Source of the DNA: Squalus acanthias
Lineage: Eukaryota
Direction: 5' to 3'
NCBI GenBank assembly: GCA_030390025.1
Contig: CM059438.1
Coordinates: 54,748,001 to 54,812,000 of the forward strand
DNA: 64,000 bases
The notes under the pieces are model-generated. The model worked only from the letters and a program-made list of their open reading frames with translations, made no database searches and had not been told where the DNA came from. Below are positions 50,323 through 62,515 of this stretch, in pieces. The position numbers were made by a program, and so were the translations under genes. The first letter of the stretch is position 1. Each line of letters begins with the position of its first letter.

Positions 50323-51433
50323 ATGGGGTCTCTACTGGCAGTCTCCCTCACGCTCGAGTATCTTCGGGAGAGGGAGCAGAGGCAGCAAGGAAGACGAGAA
50401 GATGCGCGCAGAGGGAGGAGGAGGGCCAGGAGGGCTCTCAACAGGAGGCCTTACCCACCTAGGGTCTTCAGAGAGCACTTCCCTTATATCCACTTAAGCC
50501 AGGAGCAGTGTATTAGGAGGGTCCGCTTCAGCAAGGAGGTGGTCACAGAACTCTGCCATCTCCTACAACCAGACCTGCAGCCTCAGAGCAGGGCAACCAC
50601 AGCTCTCCCAGGGGCCCTCAATTTCTTCGCCAGCGGATCTTTCCAGTCTGCAGCAGGAGACATAGCTAACATCTCCCAGTTCGCCGACCATCGCTGCATC
50701 CGGGGTAGGTCACTGAAGCTCTCTACACCAGGAGAAGGGACTATGTTTTCCACTCTCTGAGCAGAGAGAAGTAGGACGAGCGTGCATGTGGCTTTACCAG
50801 GATACTGGGCTTCCCCATGGTGCAGGGCACCATCGACTGCACACACGTGGCTTTGCGGGCACCTCATAACAATCCTGAGATCTTTCATAACCGCAAAGGC
50901 TACCACTCACTTAATGTGCAGTTATTGTGCGACCACGCCCAACGCATCTTGATGGTCAATGCCTGCTATCCTGGCATTGACCATCAGTCATGATGCCTTC
51001 ATCCTGCATCAGTCCGGTGTGCCAGCAATCTTCCAGCCAACATGTCAAACCCGAGAGTGGCTGCTCGGAGACAAGGCTCTGCACCTGGCTCATGACTCCC
51101 CTCCATAACCCCACCACTCCTGCCCAGCACTCATATAATGAGAGCCATGCTGTCACATGGAACATCGTCGAGCAGACAATCGGGCTGCTGAAGCAATGGT
51201 TCCGCTGCCTTGACTGCTTGGGAGGAGCCCTCCAGTACTCGGCTGAGCAGGTGTCCCATTTCGTGGTGGTCTGCTGCATGCTCCACAACTTGGCCATCAT
51301 GAGGGCGCAGCCCTTGCCAGCAGGGATTGCGGGACCACCTCAGGAAAAGGACGAGGAAGAGGAGGAAGGGAGGAGGCAGGTAGCAAATCCCCCTTCAGCA
51401 TGGGCTGTCCAAGAACACCTAATCAGACTCTGA
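50323..51433 (+). pseudogene. Harbinger transposase of the host element, disrupted
   Basis: RRPYPPRVFR, ALNFFASGSFQ, WLMTPL, VEQTIGLLKQWFRCL, CCMLHNL. Confidence 0.9.
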
Positions 51434-51911
51434 TTCCAGTGAATGAAACCCCAGATCCCCGTTGCTCCCACATCCTCATCAACCACATCCCCATCATACC
51501 ATCCCTCCATCACGAAATATCATAGCGTTCTCCTGGGCACAAAGCTGAAACGAGAGCCACCACAAAACAAAGATTCCAAACAAAATGAATACATTTATCA
51601 ATAATCAATTCACAAATACTACATCAACTAATCACCCTTGTGCAATCCCTTAGCGCCTGTCGTTCAGGTGCCCTTTCCTGCTCTAGTGCTCCTACGATGT
51701 GCTCCCCCAGTGGCTGCAGGCTACTGAGGTTCCTTGGGGGAGACTTCAGATGGCCTTGCAGGATGCCCTCGAGCAGCTCTGGGCCTAGAAGGCCCGGCTT
51801 TACACTGCACTACCGCGGCATGGGCAGTGGCAGTCTGGGCTGGCTGGTTGACAAGCAATGGCAAAGTGGGGACAGGAATGTTGTCATTCTGAGAGAGCAC
51901 AGCAGGTTCCT

Positions 51912-53806
51912 TTTTTTTAAATTCTTTTATGGGATCAGGGCGTCGCTGCAATGCCAGCATTTATTGCCCATCCCTAGTTGCCCCTTGAGAAGGTGGTTGT
52001 GAGCCACCTTCTTGAACCACTGCAGTCCGTGTGGTGATGGTACTCCCACAGTGCGGTTAGGTAGGGAGTTCCAGGATTTTGACCCAGCGACGATGAAGGA
52101 TCAGTGATATAATTCTGAGTCAGGATGGTGTGTGACTTGGAGGGGAACTTGGAGGTGGTGGTATTCCCATGCGCCTGCTGCCCTTGTCCTTCTAGGTGGA
52201 AGAGGTCGCGGGTTTGGGAGGTGCTGCCGAAGAAGCCTTGGTGAGTTGCTGCAGTGCATCCTGTAGATGGTACACACTGCAGCCACGGTACGCCGGTGGT
52301 GGAGGGAGTGAATGCTTAAGGTGGGGTACCAATCAAGCGGGCTGCTTTTTCCTGGATGGTGTCGAGCTTCTTGAGTGTTGTTGGAGCTGCACTCATCCAG
52401 ACAAGTGGGGAGTATTCCATCACACTCCTGACTTGTGCCTTGTAGATGGTGGAAAGACTTTGGGGAGTCAGGAGGTGAGACACTCGCCGCAGAATACCCA
52501 GCCTCTGACCTGCTCTTGTTGCTGGTCCAGTTAAGTTTCTGGTTAATGGTGACCCCCAGGATGTTGATGGTGGGGGATTCGGCGATGGTAATGCCATTGA
52601 ATGTCAAGGGGAGGTGGTTAGACTCTCGCTTGTTGGAGATAGTCATTGCCTGGCACTTCTGTTACCTGCCACTTATCAGCCCAAGCTTGAACGTCGTCCA
52701 GGTCTTGTTGCATGCGGGCATGGACTGCTTCATTATCTGAGGAGTTGTGAATGGCGCAGAACACTGTGCAGTCATCAGCGAACATCCCCATTTCTGACCT
52801 TGTGTTGGAGGGAAGGTCATTGATGAAGCAGCTGAAGATGGTTGGGCCTAGGACACTGCCCTGAGGAACTCCTGCAGCTGTGATGATTGACTTTCAACCA
52901 CCACAACCATCTTCCTTTGTGCTAGGTATGACTCCAGCCAGTGGAGATTTCCCCCCCCCCGATTCCCATTGACTTCAGTTTTACTAGGGCTCCTTCATGC
53001 CACACTCGGTCAAATGCTGCCTTGATGTCAAGGGCAGTCACTCTCACCTCTGGAATTCAGCTTCTTTGTCCATGTTTGGACCAAGGCTGTAAGGAGGTCG
53101 GGAGCTGAGTGGTCTTGGCGGAACCCAAACTGAGCATCAGTGAGCAGGTGCTGCTTTATAGCGCTGTCGATGACACCTTCCATCACTTTGCTGATGATTG
53201 AGAGTAGACCGATGGGGCGGTAATTGGCCCGGTTGGATTTGTCCTGCTTTTTGTGGACAGGACATACCTGGGCAGTTTTCCACATTGTTGGATAGATGCC
53301 AGTGTTGTAGCTGTACTGGAACAGCTTGGCTAGAGGCGCGGCTAGTTCTGGAGCACAAGTCTTCAGCACGATAGCCGTGATGTTGTCGGGGCCCATATCC
53401 TTTGCTGTATCCAGTGCGCTCAGCCGTTTCTTGATATCACGTGGAGTGAATCGAATTGGCTGAAGAATGGCTTCTGTGATGGTGGGGACCTCGGGAGGAG
53501 GCCGATATGGATCATCCACTCGGCACTTCTGGCTGAAGTTGGTTGCAACCACTTCAGCCTTGTCTTTTGCACTCATGTGCTGGGCTCCACCATCATTGAG
53601 GATGGGGATATTTTTGTAGCCTCCTCCTCCCATTAGTTGTTTAATGGTCCACGACAATCCGATAGTTTCATGGTCACCATTACTGATACTAGCTTTTTAA
53701 TTCCAGATTTATTTAATTAACTGAATTTAAATTCCCCAGCTGCCGTGGTGAGATTTGAACTCATGTCTCTGGATTACTAGCCCAGTGACATTACCACTAC
53801 GCTACC
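51912..53806 (-). mobile_element. tRNA-headed non-LTR element: Pol III A/B-box head (about 53660-53806) joined to 1.75 kb of RT-derived body and poly(A)
   Basis: A-box TAGCGTAGTGG, B-box GAGTTCAAATC; NYRPIGLLS, QFGFR, LGVTINQKLNW; host sequence rejoins across both ends. Confidence 0.8.
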
Positions 53807-54157
53807 GCTCCACAGACTCGCTGCCACTCCCCCCAAGGCGGCACCTCAGCATTCCTAGCACTCTTTTGGATGGTAGATTGCTGTCCTGCTGTGACACCCT
53901 GCAAGCTCCATTGGAGAAAGGGAAGTGTGTGAGTGAGTGTGGTGCAATGTGTTTGGGTGATGTGTCTGTCATAGTTGAATAGCTGCCAGTGTGTGCAAGG
54001 TGCGAGATGTGGGTGTGAGTGTTGCAGCAGTGGTAAGTTTATGAGGGTAAAGTGAAGCTTTTTTTGAGAGAACATTGTTTCTCCACTTTGGTGATCTTTT
54101 CCAGACACTGATGATTCTCTTGTTTTGGTAATCTATTCCAGAGGGCACTGACTCTCT

Positions 54158-57100
54158 GGTCTGGATTTTAATGTTCAGACGCACTGGGGGACCTGATAAC
54201 GTGTGGGAAACCTGGAAGTATGTGAAGCACGTCTGTCAGTGGCTTTTTAACACAGCCACTGTATTAACATATGATTTCCGGCTTTCCCGACCAATTAGCA
54301 TCAGTGGGCGTGATGACGACCCACATGATACAATTTCAACTCCACTATTTAAGGGGACAATCCAAACATGCAAGTTGAAGCAGTTGGAGGTGGGAAGGAG
54401 AGAGAAACAAGTCTTGTCATGGAAGGTAGAAGGTCAAAGCCTGTACCGCATTTCAGTGACGCCTCCGTAGATGTGCTGTGAGGAGCCGGAGGGATATACT
54501 GTTTCCGAGCGACGGCAGGAAGAAGCTGGCTGGGGACACCAAGAAGGTGTGGTCGGAAGTTTCCCAGGAGGTCAGTAACAGGAGCGTGCCACGCTCCTAG
54601 ATCCAATGCAGGAAGCGCTTCAATGACCTCAGCAGGGAAGGAAAGGTGAGAGCAATGGCAAATTGCCCTACATCCTGATGTGCGTATCACTCTAACTCCC
54701 CTCACTCTGTCTTCTGAAGCCTACTCCAGCACATCACTCACACCAACTTACCGTGCAGGTGCACCCATCCCTCTCTGTCTATGCACTTCCTCACATCCCC
54801 ATCTGTCCATCCACCACTGACACTTACCCTCATCCTAATGCAATGTAATGCCTATCCCTCATATACACCTTCAACAAATGCTCTCCATTCATCAGGTGAA
54901 CACATACCATTACTTTCACTCATAGGTCTCTTCTTTCCCTCCTGGCAGGCGAAGATAGCACAGAACACGAGGGAGAGGCAGGTGACTCTCCAGTCATCTC
55001 ACAGCTAACAAGTGCAGAGGAGCAGGCACTGGGAATCAGTGAAGTCTCGGCCAATGTTCACTTTAATTTTTATTTTGGGTGCGCGGCCCCTTTAACGGGC
55101 TGTGCGGCTCATTCAAATGTCTGTGCAGGCGCGGATATTTCTATTGAAAAGTAGGTGAGCCTGCTTGTGCGGGACCTCCAGAGTGATGTGCGGTTGCACA
55201 GCTTAACGGGATCATTGGTCTCGGCGTGCCTGGCCGTCAGCGACAGTGAGATGGGGGCCTCCCAGCTACCTGGTGACAGAAATATCAGACATCCACATGG
55301 CATACAACACTCACTCATGTTGACTTGATACCAACAGCGAGTGAAATATGATCATGTGCATAATGATAACTTCAAATATTCTTGCTGTCACAGTATTCAT
55401 TCATGTCTTTAATCTCCCACAGGGCTTTCAAGCATTCAACAGGAGGTGGTTCAGCTCGCCCATGACGATGATGACTCCTCAGAGGAACTCACTCCCTCTG
55501 AGTATGCACTGTCACAGGACTCATACAGACCATGCACCAGCTCAGATACTCGCACTTCCGTGGGACAAGTTAGAGAGATAGTTGGGTTTTCACATGGTGA
55601 TTTGCACTTCACAAGGAAGCAAGAGCAGATGTTGGAGACAGGACAGCAGTGCAGAGTCCCCATTGGCGCGCTCAGGACTCTCCAAGCTCTGCTCAGCTGG
55701 ACGCAGATGCTGTACCCCGGGGGCCATCGACGAACAGCATACTTCTTGAGCAGCAACAGAGAATGTGCAATGTACTGGCAGGCATTCCAAGCGCACTGTG
55801 CACAATTGCTGAGAGATTGGAGGAGTCAGCCTCAAGCATGAGTGGTATGATGTGGCAGGCCTTTGCGATGATGTCTTCTTCCATGGAAAGAGTGGCCAAC
55901 TGCATGGAGCATCAAACGTGGCAATCATACAAGTGCATGCAGGCCCTCACCAATGGCTTGCACACTCTGAATGCCACCTTAAATAGGATGAATGATACCC
56001 TAGCCTTGGCCTTTCATTGCCCAACTGATCTGCAGCAAAGTGTTCTCCAGCACATTACTAGCAGGAAAGTGTGGCTAGGCCATGAGAGAGCCGTGAAAGG
56101 GGAGATGGAAGTAGGGACTCGGCTCAAAGCGCTTCCACTTCTCACCCGTTGCCCCCTGCTACTCCACACCCCCTCCCACCCCAGTCAGTAACCCACATGC
56201 TGCCTCGTGTCCAGATAGCCGAGTCTGCCCCTGCATAGGTGCAGGTGGAGCAGTCTTTGGCGGGGCCCTCACAGGCTCCAAAACCCAGAGGACGTCGGCC
56301 AAGAGCAACTCAACAGTCAGAGCAGGGATCTGAGTAGCCTGCCTCTACCTCTGCTGAAGCCACAGGGATTGCACCACGTAGAAGTGCTTGGAAAAGGAAG
56401 AGTAAAGATTTGTAGTTGCACAAGGGTTATGTAGATGGGTGTGTTATACAGTGATATGTTCTTATAAACGTAACAACCTAAGAACATAAGAAATAGGAGC
56501 AGGAGTAGGCCAATTGGCCCCTCGAGCCTGCTCCGCCATTCAATGAGATCATGGCTGATCTGATCCTAACCTCAAATCTAAAGAACACAAGAAGTAGGAG
56601 CAGGCCACTCAGCCCCTGGGCCCGCTCCGCCACCCATAGGGCCCTGACCGATCCGAACTCAGCCTCATGTCCAATTTCCTGCCCGCTCACCATAACCCCT
56701 AATTCCCTTTACTTCTAGGAAACTGTCTATTTCTGTTTTAAATTTATTTAATGATGTAGCTTCCACAGCTTCCTGGGGCAGCAAATTCCACAGACCTACT
56801 ACCCTCTGAGTGAAGAAGTTTCTCCTCATCTCAGTTTTGAAAGAGCAGCCCCTTATTCTAAGATTATGTCCCCTAATTCTAGTTTCACCCATCCTTGGGA
56901 ACATCCTTACCGCATCCACCCGATCAAGCCCCTTCACAATCTTATATGTTTCAATAAGATCGCTTCTCATTCTTCTGAACTCCAATGAGTAGAGTCCCAA
57001 TCTACTCAACCTCTCCTCATATGTCCACCCCCTCATCCCCGGGATTAACCGAGTGAACCTTCTTTGAACTGCCTCGAGAGCAAGTATGTCTTTTCTTAAG

Positions 57101-58500
57101 TATGGACACCAAAACTGTATGCAGTATTCCAGGTGCGGTCTCACCAATACCTTATATAACTGCAGCAATACCTCCCTGTTTTTATAATCTATCCCCCTAG
57201 CAATAAAAGCCAACATTCCGTTGGCCTTCTTGATCACCTGCTGCACCTGCATACTAACTTTTTGATTTTCTTGCACTAGGACCCCCAGATCCCTTTGTAC
57301 TGCAGTACTTTCCAGTTTCTCGCCATTAAGATAATAACTTGCTCTCTGATTTTTCCTGCCAAAGTGCATAACCTCACATTTTCCAATATTGTATTGCATC
57401 TGCCAAATCTCCGCCCACTCACCCAGCCTGTCTATATCCCCTTGTAGGTTTTTTATGTCCTCCTCACTTTCTACTTTCCCTCCCATCTTTGTATCATCTG
57501 CAAACTTTGATATGTTACACTCGGTCCCCTCCTCCAAATCGTTAATGTAGATTGTAAAGAGTTGGGGACCCAGCACCGACCCCTGCGGAACACCACTGGC
57601 TACTGGTTGCCAGTCCGAGAATGAACCATTTATCCCAACTCTCTGCTTCCTGTTAGATAACCAATCCTCCACCCATGCCAGAATATTCCCCCCAATCCAG
57701 TGATTTTTTATCTTGAGCAATAATCTTTTATGTGGCACCTTGTCGAATGCCTTCTGGAAGTCTAAATACACTACGTCCACTGGTTCCCCTTTATCCACCC
57801 TGTACGTTATGTCCTCAAAGAACTCAAGCAAATTTGTCAGACATGACTTCCCCTTCATAAAGCCATGCTGACTTTGTCCTATTAAATTATGTTTATCTAA
57901 ATGTTCCGTTACTGTCTCCTTAATAATAGACTCCAAAATTTTACCCACCACAGATGTTAGGCTAACTGGTCTATAATTTCCAGCCTTCTGCCTACTACCC
58001 TTTTTAAATAAGGGTGTTACATTAGCAGTTTTCCAATCTGCCGGGACCTTTGCTGAGTCCAGGGAATTTTGGAAAATTATTACCAAACAATGTTGACTAT
58101 TTGAACCACATTGTTGAATGTTAGATTTCTGTTTTATAAGTGAGCCACATAAATATTATCCTTTTGAACCACTTTCATTTCTTGCCCATTCTTGGTGTCT
58201 GGCTGGCAAGTGCCCTTTTCAGTTGTGTGATGATGAATGGATGAATTAAGGCCAAGCAATGGGGGCTGGGAAATGGAGGCTTGGTTGTAGGACTGCTTTG
58301 TGTTAGTGGCACTTTAGGGGAGGGGTGATGGCAAAAGTGGCTTTTGCATGTGGTTGTTAGATGGGTGCACTGGTGGAACCTAAGTGACCCTCGCAATAAT
58401 GAAGGCATCCCGGGCAGCAGTGTGCATCACTGGTGGTGCATTATCCACATCACCTTCCACCTCCTCCTCCCCCTCCTCCTCCTCATCCTCCTCCTCCTCG
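54158..58500 (+). mobile_element. Harbinger element (Myb-like gene +, transposase 3' remnant -), interrupted by CR1
   Basis: Left end GGTCTGGATTTTA; HFSDASVDVL...KKVWSEVSQEV...IQCRKRFNDL; acidic transposase tail near 58380-58500(-). Confidence 0.65.
56478..58086 (-). mobile_element. CR1 LINE, 5'-truncated, open RT frame, double-tail subfamily
   Basis: 473-aa ORF 56665-58086(-). Confidence 0.96.
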
Positions 58501-58502
58501 GA

Positions 58503-59083
58503 AAAAGCGGTTCTGTGCTCTGCGCCTTGGGGGAGGGTCGGGGATCAGGGGTGTTGGGCGGTCGACGGGGGTGGGTGTTGGCTGGAGGATTGGCACGGGG
58601 GGGGGAGAGCGAAAGGATCGGGTCCAGCCACCGGAGGATTGTGGCCGGCCCCAGCATCATCGGTGGGGTGGGGAGAAGGCCTCATGGTGGGGACCGGAGA
58701 CCTGGGAAGGTGATCAGAGGCCTCGTGAGAGGGTCTCCGATGGCGGGGGTTGGGTTAGGCAGGGACCCTGGGTCCAGGAGGTAGGTATAAAGCCACTTAC
58801 CTCCTGGATGCAGCGGTCCCTGCCTTGGTTTAACTGCCGGGTTTCACGAATTGTGTGAAACCCGTCCACATGCAGTTAAACACAAAATGAAGGTGAAGAA
58901 AGAGGCTTCCAGCCTCATTATAATATTGAAATTGACGTAACGCCCCCTGGGAGCGGGTTGCCCGCCCCGTCCCGCCTCTGTTTAAACCGGAAGTGGGTGG
59001 GTTGGAGGCGGGATCAGGTCGGGAATCCCATTTTTAACAATTTAACTACCCCCACAATCCTTTTTTAGGGGAAAATTCCGGCC
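58503..59083. mobile_element. MITE-like fragment related to 24443-24560/27926-28400
   Basis: 58880-58990 resembles the reverse complement of 24443-24560; terminal AAAATTCCGGCC. Confidence 0.55.
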
Positions 59084-59089
59084 TATGTT

Positions 59090-60120
59090 TCTCCAGTTCT
59101 CTGAGCTTGTCTGATAACTAAGATTTTGGTGGCCCTCATCTGGACCTTTTCCAGGGTCTCAATGTCTCCTGCCATGTAAGAAGACCAAAACTGAACACAG
59201 TATTCTAGATAGGGCCATCCATTACGTGACCCTCCCCCCAAGTCACGTAATCTCCTGGACAGGCAAAAAACTGAGAAAGAAACCTTAGGCCAATTTAGGC
59301 CTTGTATAAGGTAACTATCATAGCTCTAGTTTTATACTGAACTATCCTAACCATACATCCTAACACCCTCCTTGCTCTCTCTGTGTCCTCGTGTCACTGG
59401 CGGTGGCCCTTCAATATTTTGTCAACTACAGTGCCCAGGTCCCTTTCCTGCCATCGTCATAAGCAGTAACCCAGCTTGGTATACACAAACCTGGAATTAT
59501 CCCAGCCCAAATGCATCTCGCTGCATTTATCTACCATTCACCGGCCCATTGTCCCATTGTATCTTGATGAGCCTGTAGGTTATTCATTTGATCTACATTC
59601 CTAACTCTTGCACACAGCTTTGTGTGTGAAACATAACAACAACTTACATTTATATAGCGCCTTTAACGTAACAAAACGTCACAAGGCACTTCACAGGAGC
59701 GTTATCAATAAAGACATTTTTGACACCGAGCCACAGAAGGATTGTTTTCCTTATGCCATAATCTAAATCACTGATTATGATGCTGAAAAGCATTGATCTC
59801 AGCAAGGATCCCCATTGGACTCTACTAGTGAGTATGGACTGGACCTCACTCAGGGACGATACCATTAATAACCTGTGTAAGTATAGCCAATTCGCAATCC
59901 AGCATAAGATGTGCCCACCAATCGCACAGGATGCAACCTTACATAACAGACATCGGTGCATCACTTTATGGATGGACTATTGGGAATCGCCATACACAAT
60001 ATCTACCCAACTACTATTAATACATTTTCAAAGAATTCAACTAAATTGGTGAGACAGGAACTCTGTTGCCAAAAGCGATGTTGGGAATTCCCAATAACTG
60101 CTGCTCTTTTAAAAGGATCA
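59090..60120 (-). mobile_element. Old degraded CR1 RT fragment with a small L2 tail at 59635-59735
   Basis: Minus strand SQHRF..SCLTNLVEFFE, CWIANWL, VQWGSLLRSMLFSIIISDLD. Confidence 0.7.
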
Positions 60121-60610
60121 TCCAACACATCTCTAATAACACCTTCCAACAACATACATCCAACACATCTCTAATAACACCTTCCAACAACATACATCCA
60201 ACACATCTCTAATAACACCTTCCAACAACATACATCCAACACATCTCTAATAACACCTTCCAACAACATACATCCAACACATCTCTAATAACACCTTCCA
60301 ACAACATACATCCAACACATCTCTAATAACACCTTCCAACAACATACATCCAACACATCTCTAATAACACCTTCCAACAACATACATCCAACACATCTCT
60401 AATAACACCTTCCAACAACATACATCCAACACATCTCTAATAACACCTTCCAACAACATACGTCCAACACATCTCTAATAACACCTTGCAACAACATACG
60501 TCCAACACATCTCTAATAACACCTTCCAACAACATACGTCCAACACATCTCTAATAACACCTTCCAACAACATACATACAACACATCTCTAATAACACCT
60601 TCCAACAACA
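60117..60610. repeat. 38-bp minisatellite, about 13 copies
   Basis: Unit CCAACACATCTCTAATAACACCTTCCAACAACATACAT. Confidence 0.97.
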
Positions 60611-60949
60611 TAAGTACAACTTAAGCCTTTTTCCCATTTCCAATATTTTTGTAACTAATAAACAGAAGTGTTTGAAGAAAAACACTTTTTTTTAAAGCTC
60701 CAATAATTTTTCTCCTGGGATTGCTGGCAGCAGTGTCCTGGAGATTAATCTGCAATTCCTGGAGACTCCAGGCCAATCCTGGAGGGATGGCGACCCTACT
60801 CCCTCTCTATAATCTAAATTAATCAAAAATCCCTACTAGGCCAAATACGTAAAGAAAAATCTTGAAACATGGCAACAATTTAAAATTTCATTTGAGAGAT
60901 GAAGACTGGAGATGACTTCTCATAACTTTCAAATTTAGCAACCGATTGA

Positions 60950-61280
60950 TAGTCATCTTTCTGATGAGACATTAAACCGAGGCCCTGTCTGCTCTCTCAG
61001 ATGGATCTAAATTATCCCACAGCACTATTCGAAGAGGAGCAGGGCAGTTATCCCCGGTGTCCTGGCCAATATTTATCCCTCAATCAACATCACTAAAACA
61101 GATTATCTGACCGTTATCACATTGCTGTTTGTGGGAGCTTGCTGTGTGCAAGTTGGCTGCTGTGTTTCCTACATTACAACAGTGACTACACCCCAAAAAG
61201 TACTTCATTGGCTGTAAAGCACTTTGGTACGTCCTGAGGTGGTGAAACTCGCTGTATAAATGCAAGTCTTTCTTTCTTCA
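60950..61280 (+). mobile_element. SINE body and tail (same family as 34476)
   Basis: gtcctggccaatatttatccctcaatcaacatcactaaaacagattatctg...tataaatgcaagtctttc. Confidence 0.8.
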
Positions 61281-61602
61281 ATAAAACCTTCCAACAACTA
61301 ACGTACAACTTAAGCCTTTTTCCCATCTCCAATATTTTTTATAACTAATAAACAAAAGTGTTTAAAAAGAAAAATAAAAAAACACTTTTTTCATGCCCCT
61401 TTGATTTTTCTCCCGGGTTTGCTCACAGCCGTGTCCTGAGATTAATCTTCAATTCCTGGAGATTCCAGGACAATCCTCGAGGGTTGGCAACCCTACTCCC
61501 TCTCTATAATCTAAATTAAGAACACTTTCCAACAATTTAACTGAAACACATCACTGATAACACCTTCAAACAACTTACCTAAAGTTCCTTATTCTGTTGC
61601 AG

Positions 61603-61799
61603 ATTGTGAAGATGATGATCGTGGTGGTTCTGACCTTCGCCATTTGCTGGCTGCCATACCACTTGTATTTTATCCTCGGGAGTTTCAAGCAGGATATCTA
61701 TTTCGAAACCTACATACAGCAGGTGTACCTGGGAATATTCTGGCTCGCCATGAGCTCCACCATGTACAACCCTATCATTTACTGCTGCCTTAACAAACG
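61603..61799 (+). CDS. TACR2: Tachykinin receptor coding exon 4 (TM6-TM7), 197 nt
   Basis: Acceptor gttgcag|; [33 protein letters not shown]...[20 protein letters not shown]; donor [18 protein letters not shown] is NK2-type. Confidence 0.92.
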
Positions 61800-61839
61800 G
61801 TGAGCGCAACAGACTGATAGGCAACAGACTGACGAACAG

Positions 61840-62515
61840 CCAGACAGCCGAGCAGAGGCAGTTACGGGCGGGCAGGGCAGACATGGACAGACAGACAGGC
61901 AGGGGCAGGCAGACAGACAGGCGGGGGCAGGCAGACAGACAGGCAGGGGCAGACAGACAGACAGGCAGGGGCAGACAGACAGACAGACAGGTGGGGGCAG
62001 GCAGACAGACAGGCAGGGGCAGACAGACAGACAGACAGGTGGGGGCAGGCAGACAGACAGGCAGGGGCAGAAAGACAGACAGATGGGAGCAGGCAGACAG
62101 GGCAGGCAGATGGGGACAGACAGGCAGGGGCAGGCAGACAGACAGGTGGGGGCAGACAGACAGACAGGTGGGGGCAGACAGACAGACAGGCAGGGACAGG
62201 CAGACAGACAGACAGGGCAGGCAGATGGGGACAGACAGGCAGGGGCAGGCAGACAGACAGGTGGGGGCAGACAGACAGACAGGTGGGGGCAGACAGACAG
62301 ACAGGCAGGGACAGGCAGACAGACAGACGGGGACAGGCAGACAGAGCAGGCAAATGGGGACAGACAGACAGACAGGCAGGGACAGACAGACAAACAGACG
62401 CGGGCAGGCAGACAGGGCAGGCAAATGGGGACAGACAGACAGACAGAGGCAATAACAACAACACTGCAGATGGGCAGGCAGACAAGGGCAGGTAGACGGG
62501 CAGACAGACAGACAA
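61840..62515. repeat. Compound (GACA)/(GGCA) microsatellite at start of intron 4
   Basis: Continuous CAGA/CAGG units. Confidence 0.96.

Larger units (their letters stand above)
45377..54060 (+). mobile_element. Harbinger host element carrying nested Harbinger copy 2 and a tRNA-headed LINE; right end lost
   Basis: Left TIR GGCCTAGAAATTCG; transposase 50323-51433; Myb last-exon remnants 51640-51910 and 53807-53910. Confidence 0.75.
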
